Below are positions 14,121 through 30,506 of a stretch of DNA of 64,000 nt, in pieces. The notes under the pieces were generated by a model that was not told where the DNA came from, ran no database searches, and saw only the letters and a list, made by a program, of their open reading frames with translations. This DNA comes from Eledone cirrhosa (lineage: Eukaryota): contig OZ024742.1 in assembly GCA_964016885.1 (NCBI GenBank), positions 228,160,001 to 228,224,000 on the forward strand. The letters are read 5' to 3'. Position 1 is the stretch's first letter; each line of letters starts with the position of its first letter. Made by a program: the position numbers and the translations under genes.

Positions 14121-14828
14121 TCCTAATGCCAACCACCTTATATTATGGGTGTTTTTCATCAGGACACCAGAATGACAAGCTAACAAGTTGAACTGTTAAA
14201 CATCTATTTCCTATGCTTGCCTGGGCCAAATGGTCTGTCATGCTCTGAGACTAAACTGGACAGGAAACTACATCTAGTTCCATTAATGTTTTTCCATGTT
14301 TACTTTGGTTTGATGAGTAAGAGGTTGCATCCATCTTTGTATGTTGACATGGGTGAGGAGGGATGAAGGTGGGGCTGCCATTTTTTTTATTGGAAGGAGT
14401 TGGACAAGCAGGAAGGGGGGAACTGTTTTTGTAGGAAGTAAGGACTGGGGTAATATGTTAATGGGGTAAGAGAGCCAGTATGCAGTGAGGGGGTAAGGAC
14501 AATTGAGTATTAAGATAGGAGAGGTTGATGCAGATTAGTGTGCTCTCCATCTTTCATCCTGTGCATGTGAGAGCGCAGGTTTTCTACCATGTGGTGTATC
14601 ACCAGAGACCACCATCCATCATCATCTCCTTTGAGGAGATTAATTATACAGGATCAGCTTTTACCACAACATCCCAAGCTTTGCTTAATCGTCCTCCTTC
14701 ATAGTTTCCATTGACTGCACTTTTTTATACCACTGCCATTCCCCATACACATCACATGTCCATACCACTGCAATATTCACTCAGACACACACACACATAT
14801 ATATATATACATATATACACACACACAT

Positions 14829-15122
14829 TAGTTTATAAGAGCCCGCTTGTGTATAAAACTATGGATTATATACAAGTTTCTACATAACCTGGAAATTATT
14901 TATCCCAAATTGTAGAAATCTTATAACGAAACGGCTGTCTGGAAGGAAAGAGATATTTATTTAATAATGTCTCATATAAAATAATACAACCAGCTATCCA
15001 CGAAATACTGATTAGTTAGCACCCCAAACACTAAATTGGGATAATACTCAAGTATATCCTAATGTTTGTTGAGTGAGATGGAGTTGGTCGGAGTATCGCT
15101 TAAGGCTTTCTCTGTTTATGTA
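14829..15122 (+). mobile_element. Probable PLE terminal segment with a 5'-truncated hammerhead half
   Basis: Long stem (ttataaga...tcttataa) followed by GAAA-C-GGCT-G-TC at 14928-14939; flanked by CA/TA microsatellites. Confidence 0.4.
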
Positions 15123-15149
15123 TTGAATATATATATATTTATTAAAATA

Positions 15150-15207
15150 ACAGATTAAAGTTTAAGCAAAGAATCGCTGCTTTCACCCTTAACGGGATCT
15201 TCTGAAA
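15150..15207 (-). ncRNA. Hammerhead ribozyme-like motif (core variant), inverted copy
   Basis: Reverse complement of the 17382-17439 motif. Confidence 0.55.
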
Positions 15208-15313
15208 GGAGACAAGAAGACGATACTTTGGTCCGTGGAAACGTAATTAAGCGTATCATTCGGCTTTCTATACGGGTAATGTAAGCCATTCGATAAATTG
15301 AGGGTAACATGGC

Positions 15314-16240
15314 TTGCATTACCCATATAGAAAGCCGAATGATACGCTTAATTACATAAGTAAGCATTCTAACCATCCTGCCAGCATAACCAAGAACCTT
15401 GTAAGAAACGTTTCTTTGAGGCTTTCCCGTCTATCTACTAACGAGCATATTTTCAACGACCATTCCACATATTACAATGAAGCTCTTGCTCGGAGTGGAT
15501 TTGTCGATAAGGTAGCTTATACAAAATACGAGAATAGACCTAGAAGAAATAAATCCCGACACATTATATGGTATAACCCACCATATAATATGGAGGTGGC
15601 CACACCATTAGCTAAGATCTTTCTCTCCCTTATTACAAAGCATTTTCCCCCTACACATAAATATAGTAAAATTTTCAATAAAAATACTATTAAAACTTCT
15701 TACTCTACGACTCCTAACCTTGCACATAACATCACAGCTTCAAATTTAGCTAAACTACCTAGCCATAGGAACACGTGTAACCCTGTAGTTAGTACTAACT
15801 GTAATTGTAGGAATCGGGTTGACTGCCCCCTATCCGGGAAATGCTTCTCTAGTAACATTGTCTACAAATGTAAGGTTGAAAAACCCACGTCCCGTAGGGC
15901 CTACATAGGGTTAACCGTCAATAGATTCAAGCAGAGTCTTTACATGCATACCCATTCTTTTCGTTACCCTTTAAGAAGGAATATGACGTCACTTTCAGCT
16001 TATATCTGGAGTCTAAAAGACAACTACACCCAATATAAGTTACACTGGGAGATCCTAGCTAGGGCTAGATCGTATAACGGAAATAAAAGACCATGTGACC
16101 TCTGCGCCGCTGAGGCCCTGGAAATACTATACGCCAAAGACCACATCTTAAACAAAAAATCTGAGGCAATTTCGGCTTGTAAACATAAATTGCACAAAAC
16201 TTTCCAGTATTATAGCCCCACATTATACCCTAATGGATAG
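15314..16240 (+). pseudogene. PLE RT C-terminus/linker plus GIY-YIG endonuclease (truncated ORF)
   Basis: PYRKPN...YISKHSNHP, WYNPPY, CNCRNRVDCPLSGKC...NIVY.C, AYIGLT, CDLC..E, NKKSE..SACKH. Confidence 0.9.
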
Positions 16241-16626
16241 TACGAACTATACGCGGATATTTTACGTCTTGATGTGGTAGCTAAGTATATGTTATGTTTA
16301 TACCATTACTTATTTGTATAGGTAAGTATATATTACCTGTATGTTTTGTGAAGGTATGTATACTTTCTCGTACGTATATTTGATTGTATATGTTATGGCG
16401 TATATATTATATATTCTGGTACATATGCTTTGGTTACGTGTATACTGGAGTTTTGCGTCTGTGTGTGTATGCGGATTCGTACGTATGTAGGGTGTGTGTG
16501 CGTGTGTACTTTGTGTTTTGGTTGACGTACGTCTCCGAACATATGTGTATTTACATGTAGGTATGTGTGTGCGGTTGTTATATATGTATTTATTTATTTA
16601 TATACGTTTATTTAATTATATGTATA

Positions 16627-16751
<125 letters not shown>

Positions 16752-17363
16752 TTTTATGTGTATTTGGTGTATACGAATGTATACACCAAATATATGCATG
16801 TGGGTACAGGCGTTGCGTGGGTTCTGTATGTGCGTGCAGGTTTTTTTTTGTTGTTTTTTTTTGTGTACGTGCGTGTATTTGTATACCTATGGCGAGTGTT
16901 TTCGCGTATGCTTGTGTATGTACGTATATGGATGCGTGTATGTATTTATTTAATTTAAATTACCTCTGTATTTTATTTACTTTATTCTTAACTCTGAAGC
17001 CGAGAATCATTCGGTTTCCTAGTTAGAATTTTAGTCTACGACTTCAGTTATACCATTTACATGGTTTTGTCTTTGCGTGCAATTGTTCTCCCCGCTCCAC
17101 ATATGACGTATTATCTTTGTTTTTTCCGTTCATTGCCAGAGAATGTCTCTATGAACCACCTAATAGAATATTAGTCTACGACTTCTTTTATACCATAAAC
17201 GTGGTTTTGTCTTTGCGTGTAATTCTTTTTCACTGCTCCAAATAATGACGTATTATATTCGTTTTCCCCCGTTCTTTGCCAGGGAACGTTCCCATGGACC
17301 AAAGTATTGTCTTCCTGTCTTCCTCCGGTTGCAACGTTTTTTGAAATATTCACTTCTGCATTC

Positions 17364-17439
17364 ACAGATTAACTTTGTTAGTTTCAGAAGATCCCGTTAA
17401 GGGTGAAAGCAGCGATTCATTGCTTAAACTTTAATCTGT
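17364..17439 (+). ncRNA. Type I hammerhead ribozyme-like motif with variant core (CAGAAGA...GAAA...CUU)
   Basis: Stem I acagattaa/ttaatctgt plus agttt/aaact; stem II ccc/ggg; GAAA; stem III agca/tgct; located at PLE 3' end. Confidence 0.6.
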
Positions 17440-17551
17440 TATTTTAATAAATATTTGCTCTACGGTTCTTATGTATTTGATATATATTTATCCTTATCGA
17501 GCCCTCTTTGGATTTTAGTCTTCAAATTTATTATTATTACTATATATATAT

Positions 17552-17965
17552 ATCATCATCGTTTAACGTCTATCTTCCATGCTAGCATGGGTTAGACGGG
17601 TTTGTCCCACTTGAGGCAAGATCGGTTGAGTGACCATGTCTCGCGCGTATAGAACTGTTTCTGGCTGGTTTTCTACGGCTGGATGCCCTTCCTAATGCCA
17701 ACCACATTTACAGTGTGGACTGGGAGCTTTTTGACCGTGTCTCCTACACGACCACTTTACAGCGTGGACTGGGTGCTTTTTATCATGACATCTACACGAC
17801 CACTTTACAACGTGGACTATATATATATATATATATCATCATCACCGTTTTACGTCCATTCTTCTACTCTAACATGGGTTAGACGGGTTGTCCTGTTGTG
17901 GGCAATGCCAGGTCAGGTGACCATGTTTTGCTCATACAGAACTGATTCTGGCTTGATTTCTACAA
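17552..17965 (-). mobile_element. Two adjacent RTE 3'-end insertions
   Basis: catcatc...gtttaacgtc...catgctagcatgggttagacggg at 17552 and a similar tail at 17836. Confidence 0.8.
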
Positions 17966-19312
17966 GCCAAAATCACCGTTTAGCGTCAATTCTTCCATGC
18001 TTGCATGGATTAGACAGGTTGTCTATGCCAGGAAGCAAGTCTGGCCAGGGTTGGTCATGTCGTACCTTGCTCCAGCGAGGACATGTAAATTTGGCCAGGT
18101 ATTTTAGATGCCCATCCTAACACCAACCAGATTTATATGGTCTGCATCTCACATATGGTCCCATGCTCTACTAAGTACACATTATTATGGCATTAGCACT
18201 AGAGTGGTTGTCATGTTTTTGACACAACTGAAGGGTCCTCCCAACCCTTTCTATGACTGGATACCTTTCCTATCACCAACCACTTTATACAGTGTACTGT
18301 GTCATGTAGAAGTCATTTCTATATAAAATAATGAAGCTTATATTCTACCAGGGTACTGAGTACCTTATTTAACTGTGGTCACCTCCCAATCTGCTTCAAG
18401 GATTTACCTATATATACATATATGTATACATACATGTATACATATATATTATTATAAATATTATTATAAAATATTTAAAAACTTCAACCTAGGTATCGCT
18501 TTAGATAAAAACACCAAAACTGACTTCCTTGACGTCACTCTCTACATAAACTCTAAAACGTACACACCTTATCATAAACCCAATGAAAAACTTTTCTATG
18601 TTAATACCAACTCTGACCACCCCAAATCTGTATTGACCTCAATCATTAAAGGGGTATCTAATAGAATTTCTAGTCTTTCTTACAACGAGACTACGTTTAA
18701 CCGTAACTCCCAATACTATAATGAAGCCCTAGCTCGTTCGGGCCATAAAGATAAAATTAAATTTAAACCTAAATCGTCAGCCACCGATAAACAATCTATA
18801 ATTTAACACAACATTGCCATGAATAAAATTAAATATAATCATAGTATTGAAAATCCCAACTCCTATATAGAGGGTATCAAAAAAGTTAACTCACACCACA
18901 ACAATAATCCTAGGAAAAACCACAGAAAGAAAAATTGTTAAAAACAAAAAATATAAATAATAAGGTACCTAACACCACACAAAACAATAATATAAATAAC
19001 AATCATATGAAGAATAGAAGAAGTAACACATTTTTTAATCCCCCGTTCAACTTAAATGTCTCAACAAATATACCTAAAGCTTTCTTCTCTATTTTAGACA
19101 AAAACTTCCCAACTAACCATAAATACCACAACCTATTTAACAAAATTACCATTAGAATCTCCTACTCCACCACACCTAACATTGCAGACCATATAGCCAG
19201 CACCAACAAGAGAAAGATTAAAAAGTACTTCAGATTACCAAGTTAATAATGTCAAACATAGAAATAACCTTAACAATAACACAGTACAGGACTATACTGG
19301 AATAATACTAAT

Positions 19313-19343
<31 letters not shown>

Positions 19344-19459
19344 TTCGTTTAACGTCCATTTTCCATGCTAGCATGGGTTAGACGGGAGTTGTCCCACTTG
19401 AGGCAAGGTTGGTCGGGTGACTGTGTCTTGCTCATATAGGACTATCTGGCGGGTTTTCT

Positions 19460-20112
19460 ACACTGGGTAATATGTCGGCATTACAAAATCAAAGCTGAAG
19501 ACAAGTGGTACAACCATCACCCTGAGGCTGTAGCTGAAGGAGAAAAAGTAACAATTCTCTGGGACTTTCCTGTACATACTGACAGGACCATAAAAGCAAA
19601 TAGACCTGACATCACTATAAAAGATCAACATAACAAGGTCTGTTTGTTGATAGATATGAGCATCCCATGTGATCACAATATCGTGGCAAAAGAATTTGAC
19701 AAGCTACGAAAATATAAAGATCTGCTTATTGAAATTGAGAAAATATGGCACGTCAAGGCCGTTACAATACCAATGATTGGAACAGAACAATATTTGCGAA
19801 TGATTCCTGATTTACCCTCTCTGCACGAGGTACAAAAAATTGTTTTGACTGGTACTGCACACGTATTGAGAAGAGCACTATCTCTGTAAGATTGATATCC
19901 CTCCTTGTCTTTATATATGCATATGCACACGTGTATATATGTATACTGTTTGTTTTTTTTTTGTTTTTTTTTTAAATTATAATCAATGTGCTGTATTAAC
20001 TGGCTTACCAATGCACACTGTGAATTTATTTGCCCTAGGTGTCAGGAAGACACTCGGCATATATCTCAGAAACAATAATGAAAGAAAATAAAAATAATAA
20101 TAATAATAATAA
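19460..20112 (+). mobile_element. R4/Dong-like non-LTR retrotransposon 3' fragment (RLE) ending in (TAA)n
   Basis: WYNHHPEAV...ILWDFPVHTDRTIKANRPDI..., LIDMSIP.D.NI..KE..K..KY.DL..EI, QKIVLTGTAHVLRR; (aat)n tail. Confidence 0.75.
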
Positions 20113-20547
20113 AAATAAAAACCAATGTCGGAAATAATACTAGACCTCCATCTTCAAATTTATCCCATTAGATGTTCGTAACTATAGAACTACACCTTAA
20201 TCCTGTCCGATATTTCTTCTTAGTTAATAAACCCCTTCTTTGATCTCTCACCTAATACAATTCTAATTCTTCTAAATAACCAAATAAATAAATAATTTAG
20301 ACACCCTAATATACTCTCAATACCCACCTCTAAAACAATATATAACACCAATTACTCCAGTATATATTATATAATTCCCTATCTTGTCATAAAAAACTTC
20401 AACTCTCTCTGCATAATCTGAATATATATATATATACATTCTCACACATATATATATTATAGATACATATATAAACTATATAAAACCCTATCTAGTTATA
20501 AACATTTTTTTAACTCTCTCCACACAATTTGAAAATATTAGAATAAC

Positions 20548-20579
<32 letters not shown>

Positions 20580-21506
20580 TTCGTTTAACGTCCACTTTCC
20601 ACGCTAGCATGGGTTAGACGGATTAATAACCATTAATAATATTTTATATTTTATAAATATTAATTTATAACACTACTACAATAATAAAACAACCCTGAAT
20701 TTATTGACAATCTTAATTACCTCCCTTTGTTATTAACCCCCCACACACACAACTTCCTGTGTAAATTCATAAAGCTAAGTATCTTTAACGGCTTACCAGC
20801 AGCCTAATAACGATTAATGCAAACCCTAATAATCCTTAATGCAGGAATGCATAGTATAATATACTTACATGGCCTGTAATTCGGTAGAATTTAATTTTAC
20901 CAAACACATACCTATAAACTATACTCAACTAAAAAAAATTACATCTCTAACTAAGAAAATTCCATGGTTAATACATCTGAGCTACAACCAACATATACAT
21001 CAATATATGAACTCCAATATAAAAACACTTGAATGAAAATTACTTACTCAATTCAATCACGGGCTTTGCATTACACCTCACATAACATATACCTATTTTA
21101 TCACCACATGTCTCCCTACCATATAGCACGCCATTTAAAAAAATTTAAACATTTCTAACACTTATAACATGCTTTTACATTCTACACGAAATATGCTTAT
21201 CTCAGCTGTAATATAACTCTTTCCTCATACATGCCTTATTGATTGTATTGACTCTTGTATTATATACCCTTAACAATGCTATAATATCTTATGTCTATCC
21301 TATCTTACATTTTTCCTTGCTTGTAACTTTTTTTGCTTGTACCTCTTGCACTTTCCACCAGTGCTCCTTGTAATTGTATTCTCTGAAGCATAACATTCTT
21401 TTAACTCCCGATTCTCTACATGATGTCTAGGACACTAAGAACACTTATGTATCTACCTGAATGTTCTGAAGACTAGGATTTTAATCACTTGTTTAAACAT
21501 TCCCTA

Positions 21507-21553
21507 TGCTCCGATGATTCCAGACATCCCTCTGGAAGAAACAATTGTCAGCA
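21507..21553 (+). ncRNA. Minimal type I hammerhead ribozyme (CCGAUGA core)
   Basis: tgct-CCGATGA-ttccaga-catccc-tctggaa-GAAA-c-aatt-g-TC-agca; palindromic stem III ACAATTGT. Confidence 0.75.
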
Positions 21554-21741
21554 AATAAATGTATTAAACTAAGATTTGATTGTTTTAACACTTTGTATCT
21601 CGGCTCTGTAAAACACTTGATAATTTGCATTTAGCCTTTTGTCATACCGGTAACTGGCTAGTACTTAGTACTACCCTCCATATTTATAATTGTATATTAA
21701 ACATATATAAGTATAAATATTGTTATTATTACTATATATTA

Positions 21742-22092
21742 AGGGCGGTGGATTGGCAGTATCGGTAGAGGGTCGCACGCCATGCTTTGACGCATAGAGT
21801 TACGGCCCTTGCCATTCTGAGTTCAAATCCCGCCGAGGTTAACTTTATCAGAGGTCGGTAAAATAAAGTACCAGTAATGCACTAGGTAATTGCTGGCCTT
21901 GTGCCAAAAGTAGAAACAAATTGGCAGTATCGGTAGAGGGTCGGACATGCTTTCCAGCATAGTTACGTCCCTTTACGATCTGAGTTCAAATCCGGCCGAG
22001 GTTAACTTTGCCTTTCATCCTTACGGTCGATAAAATAAAGTACCAGTAATGTACTGGGTAATTGCTGGCCTTGTGCCTAAAATAGAAACAAT
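21742..22092 (+). mobile_element. Two tandem tRNA-derived SINEs (octopus OR-like)
   Basis: A-box TGGCAGTATCGG, B-box GAGTTCAAATCC, body gccgaggttaactttgcctttcatcc...gataaaataaagtacc, repeated twice. Confidence 0.75.
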
Positions 22093-22169
22093 TATATATA
22101 TATAAAAAAAGGATCTATCGACTTTCGTCAAATCGGACCGAGGAAACAATGTTTTCGTCGGACTTTCCA

Positions 22170-22650
22170 GTTGCTAGTACTATCTATCGGTCGCAACTCC
22201 AGGTAGAAGGAGCAATGTGAAATAAAGTGTCTTGCTCAAGAGATTTGAACTCAAGGACATAACGCATCACCCGCTCCAGGAATCAAACTCACAAACTCAA
22301 GATTGTGAATCCCCCCGGGTCATTATGGGGTTTGAGGTAAGTCCTACGCAATCTGTGTTTACATGCAGTTACCAGTTCATCTTTCTTGTTTAGGAGTTGG
22401 TCCGTCGAAAACAGCATTTGTAAAGTTTCCTCCGAGCATAACCACTCAGCCACACGCATTTTATATATCATCATCATCATCACCGTTTTACGTCCATGCT
22501 TTTTTTTCTGTGGCATCTACACATCCACTTTACAGTGTGGGCTGGGTGCTTTTTTTTGTCATGGCACCTCCACGACCACTGGAGCAATGTGAAATAATCT
22601 TGCTCAAGGAAACAACACATCACCCGGTCCGAGAATTGAACTCACAACCT
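22170..22650 (-). mobile_element. Composite: second SINE family fragments, PLE ORF-end fragment (22310-22440), RTE tail
   Basis: gagcaatgtgaaataaagtgtcttgctcaagg twice; 22310-22440 matches 23499-23631. Confidence 0.65.
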
Positions 22651-23298
22651 TTTGAAAGAAGCATTTCTGAGCCGGGAAATACAATATTAACTTCTTTCTT
22701 TGAGCTAATTAATTGTAAAGGACTGTTTGAGTTTATAACTCTAAATATAATATAATATTACGGCTCCTTTTGTTGAGCTAATTTTTAATCCCATATAAAC
22801 GGCTGTTATTTCTAGCGCCATGAGTATGAGATAACTAGTGAGCTGGGGAACCTCGTGAGTTTGCGCTTGTGAACCAGACCTCCAAAATTATTTCGAGGTG
22901 AAACATCCTAATTTTTCTGGATACCTGTTGATAAGCACAGAAAATTGGAATATTTCACTTTTTATACTATCCTTGCGAAACTTATTTGGGTTTTGAAATT
23001 CAAATTTATCTGCGGAACAGGTTTGGATTTTGAAATTTAAATTTGTTCAGGTATCACGGCTATTGCCAATATGGGTTTGTTTTTATTGATTTATTATTTT
23101 AAATCGAGACAGGCAAACTATATATATTTATTTAAATTAGTTTATTTCATTCTAGCTAACTTCGTCTTTTACAATACAAACACTTATGTGTTTATCATAT
23201 ATTAATTTATATTAACTTGTATTTCACGGCTCAGAAATGCTTCTTTCTTTGAGCTAATTAATTGTAAAGGACTGTTTGAGTTTATAACTCTAAATATA

Positions 23299-24514
<1,216 letters not shown>

Positions 24515-25982
24515 CACATACACACACACATGTGTATAATATTACACAATCTTGTATGGATGTCACCTGACCTTTCTCGTAAAATAATGTCCATACAGGC
24601 ATGGAAAATACAAGTTAAACAGAACGGATTATATCTATAATATAAAAAAGGGAAGAGTGTGGGGAAGGGTCCGTTTTATATATTTTTTTATCCCGTTAGT
24701 AAAATAAGTTGGATTACCCTGAATAAATAATGAATCAATATTATGTAATTTATCTAAACTTTGTAGCTCTTGATTAAACATAAATATTCTTATATATAAA
24801 GTATTGCTTATTTTAAGATTCACTTCTCTAAAATTTTCAAATACTTCCGGTTAGTATCTGTTATATTATAACACTTATTACATCGCTTATATAAACATTC
24901 ATATATTTGCATCGTTATATAAGGTCGCTAATTTTCTACTTTTTCGTTTTCATAACATTTTAGTTTATTATTATGCATTTTATATATAATATCGTCTTTT
25001 CTTAAATGTATCATGGACTACGTTACTGATTACAGAAGAGAGTGTAACACAGACTTCATTCAATTTCTGTGCATAATGTCAATTACGATTTCATTTGACA
25101 TATCATATCTACATGCACATATATTTGCCTATAATATCAATATACACACTACACGTGCTAGCAGAAAACCACCTGAAGTGTGGTTTTCTGCTAGTATATA
25201 TAATGTTCTACAATCTAAATGTATAGCTGTAGTTTAACATATATATTATTACATAATCTTAGGTATATCTATAGTTTGATGTATGTTTAATATTATGAAT
25301 TTGTAGCTGTTGTTTAACATCTATATAGTATAAGGAGAGCAAGAGTTGTATGATATAGTGCTGAATACTTGAAGTGGAGTGGATAGAACCTGTGGAAGAG
25401 AGGGGACTAAGGAAGACAAAATTGTGAAGAAATACTGAACCTCACAGAGAAGATGACACAGAAAGGGGCTGAGTGGCAATATGCCATATTATGAAAGACT
25501 AATCCACTAGTGCAAGCATTGCAACATTAAATGTAAATGTGATGAAAGACAGCATTTGGAGATTGAGCTGACACACTGTAGGTTTGAGAAGAGTTTTCAA
25601 ACTGACCAAATATGTGTCAACCTTTCTAGTTCTTGTGTGACAAATGTTGATTAACATATGTAATGTCACACTATCTGGAGATATACCTGTATTTTAACAT
25701 ATATATAATGTTACATAATTTGAATGTGTAGCTGTAATGAGCATATGTATAATGTTAAATAACTTAAAGGTGTAGCAATTGTCTATAAATATATGGACTT
25801 CACAAAATATTGGATGTTATAATTTTAATTACAAATTAAGGAGTAAACTTCAATTGGTCTTGTAAATGTTTATATCTAGAGTTTATCAATATGGAAATGT
25901 AGTAAAATTTCCACTGTTATATCTCTACATTTTAGGTATCCTCTATATCTTATACAGTTTCTTTATTCTTCCAGAATATCAG

Positions 25983-27852
<1,870 letters not shown>

Positions 27853-28532
27853 AATGGAAAAAAGCCATATCAATGTGTTATCTGGTAAATCACTCTTTCA
27901 AAATTGTCTGTTAACTACACATGTATATTGTAATACATAAATTTAATTATATCAATGTGAAAACTCACTCGATAAAGAATATCTCATATCCATAAAAGTA
28001 TTCACACAACAAAGAAGATATCAATGTGTGATAACAATCCCCCCAATACTATCTTTCATAGCACAAATGGCTCAGAAATGTATTCTTGTAAATTAAGGAT
28101 AACACTGTACAGCTATCTTGTTAGAAATAAATAGATTCTTTCTAAATTGATAGATCTTCTATATATATATATCATCATTTTCCATGGTTTAGATGGGTTG
28201 TCATATTATGTGAAATAGCATGTTAGGTAACCATGTCTTGTTAGTACCAACCTGTTTTCGTCTTGGTTTCTATGACTGGGTGGCCTTCCTAACCACAATA
28301 TCATTACAGTGAAGACTGGGTGCTTTTATCGTGGCACTGAAACGACCATTACATTGGATGGAATAGGTGCTCCTTTTTGTCTTGCCACCAGCACAACCAC
28401 CTTACAGGGTGGACTGGTTGCTTTTGTGACATAAGCCCTATCACCATATAGGTTGAACCAACTGCTTTGACCAACAAGATGTGTGTACTTTTTTCTTTCT
28501 TTTCCTGTTTTTTTTTTAAATTTGTAATCTCC

Positions 28533-28830
28533 TTATAATATATAACCAGCAATTTCTCTGTTTGTCTGTCCGACAGTGGAAACACGTGCGCACGTGCGAA
28601 TGTTTTTTGCGCATGCGTAGAGAAAGAATGAGAGTAAAAGAAAGAGACAGACTACGAGAGGGGGATAGCGGGAGAGAGAGAGTGAATAGACGCTAAAACA
28701 CGTGCGCGCGTGCGAATGTTTTTTGCGCATGCGTAGAGATAGAGTGAGAGTGAAAGAAAGCGACAGACTACAAGAGGGGGATAGCGGGAGGGAGAGAGGG
28801 GGGAATTGAGGAGTGCTACAGAAACATATA
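28533..28830 (+). mobile_element. Helitron-like 5' segment with a ~116-bp tandem duplication
   Basis: cttataatatataa...tttctctgtttgtctgtc shared with 30022; two copies of aaacacgtgcgc...tgcgcatgcgtagag...gggggatagcggg. Confidence 0.5.
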
Positions 28831-28953
28831 TACATTTCTGTGTGTGTGTGTAATATATATATATACACACACACAGAAATATATATACATTTCTGTGTGT
28901 GTAATATATATATATATACACACAGAAATATATATACATTTCTGTGTGTGTAA

Positions 28954-29380
28954 TCATCATCATCATCACCGTTTTACGTCCGTTCTTCCACGCTAGCATG
29001 GGTTAGACGGGTTGTCCTGTTGTGGGCAGTGTCTGGTCGGCTGACCATGCCTTGCTCATACAGGAACTGATTTGGCTTGATTTCTACAGCTGGATGCCCT
29101 TCCTAACACCAACCTCATTTACAGTGAGTGCTGGGTGCTTTTTCGTGGCGCCTACACGTCCACTTTACAGTGTGGGCTGGGTGCTTTTTTGCCGTGGCAC
29201 CTCCACGACCACCTTGCGGTGGGGGTGTGTGGGGGCATATTGTCTATATGCTTCAGCTTGTACCCATGGGAGGTCGGGTACTCTGTATTACTGCGTGACG
29301 CCAGAAGTCACGGTCGTGTGTCATTGTCTTTGAGAGGTGTAATTGGGTAAGGTCGGCTTTTATCACCTCATCCCAGGTAA
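28954..29380 (-). mobile_element. RTE LINE 3' end
   Basis: (cat)n tail, RTE 3' UTR and TWDEVIKADL...HDRDFWR ORF end. Confidence 0.85.
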
Positions 29381-29381
29381 T

Positions 29382-29449
<68 letters not shown>

Positions 29450-30021
29450 GAAATATATGGGCATTTCTCTGTTTGTCTGTCTGTCTGTCTGTCCTTCCCT
29501 AAAACTCAAATGTAGGTGCTACAGAAATATTACCTTCCCCTTCCTTTCTCCACTTTGGTACTACTAAGAGAAACACTGTCGCTATAGAAACATTACCTTC
29601 CCCTCTCCACTGACTTTGGTCACTGAGGCCGAGGGAATCGCTGGTTGTTATAGAGACACCTTGCACAAGCCAGAAGTAACCAGTTCGAGGCGGTTCTGAC
29701 TTGACACCATGCCAAGGACCATTTGAAGAAGGTTGCCATTGAATTTGTGGTTGTTGCTGCTGATAAGGACCATTTGAAGAAGGTTGCCATTGAATTTGTG
29801 GTTTGAAGAAGGTTGTCATTGAATTTGTGGTTGTTGCTGCTGATAATAAGGACCATTTGAAGAAGGTTGCTGCTGATGAGGTAATTTATTAATCAGATTG
29901 CGCAGTTCCATAACCTACGTTTGATTTGTTCAATTTTTTTTGTTGTTTTTTTTTATTTCTTATCGAAAAAATATAAATAATAAAATAAGGTTAGAAATTT
30001 AAATACAATTAAATACGATTT

Positions 30022-30506
30022 ATCTACTTATAATATATAATGGACATTTCTCTGTTTGTTTGTCTGTCTGTCCGTCTGTAAAAAATGCCAAGGAAACAAA
30101 TAGATGCGGTTTCAAATCTCTATGCTTTTCAAATTCATTATATTAATCTTTATTTATACGTTTCGCTTTACGAGTGTTTCGACTTACGAGTGTTTCGGCT
30201 TATCATTATATATAAACGTTTCTATTTCCATCGTTTTATCGTAAACGTTTATATATTTCCATCGTTATATCATAACGTTTATATTTCCGTCACTAATCTC
30301 TTTTTCTCCTTTTTCGTTTTAACATATATTTATTTCAAAGATTTCACCGTATAGATAACATATATATTTATACATGCATAAAAGACACACCGAGAGACGG
30401 TGAACATGTGGTGCCGAAAACATTTCTCATCCAAATCTCAACAATATCAGTATATACACTAGATTTGCTAGCAGAAAACCGCCCACCGGGTTGTTTTCTG
30501 CTAGTC
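30022..30506 (+). mobile_element. Non-autonomous Helitron-like element
   Basis: 5' ATCTA...(ctgt)n; 3' hairpin gctagcagaaaacc...gttttctgctag ending CTAG-T; same 3' hairpin at 25157-25194. Confidence 0.55.

Larger units (their letters stand above)
18470..21710 (+). mobile_element. Penelope-like element (second family), decayed, with nested insertions
   Basis: DFLDVTL...Y.PYHKPN...YVNTNSDHP (18375-18806), FFNPPFN...ISYSTTPN (18935-19246); hammerhead at 21507-21553 followed by AATAAA. Confidence 0.8.

Noticed and set aside
21742-21835. tRNA gene candidate (A and B boxes)
   Set aside because: No cloverleaf; continues into a repeated SINE body
22875-22926. acctc/gaggt hairpin followed by GAAA and a second hairpin
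   Set aside because: No CUGANGA core and no valid UH site
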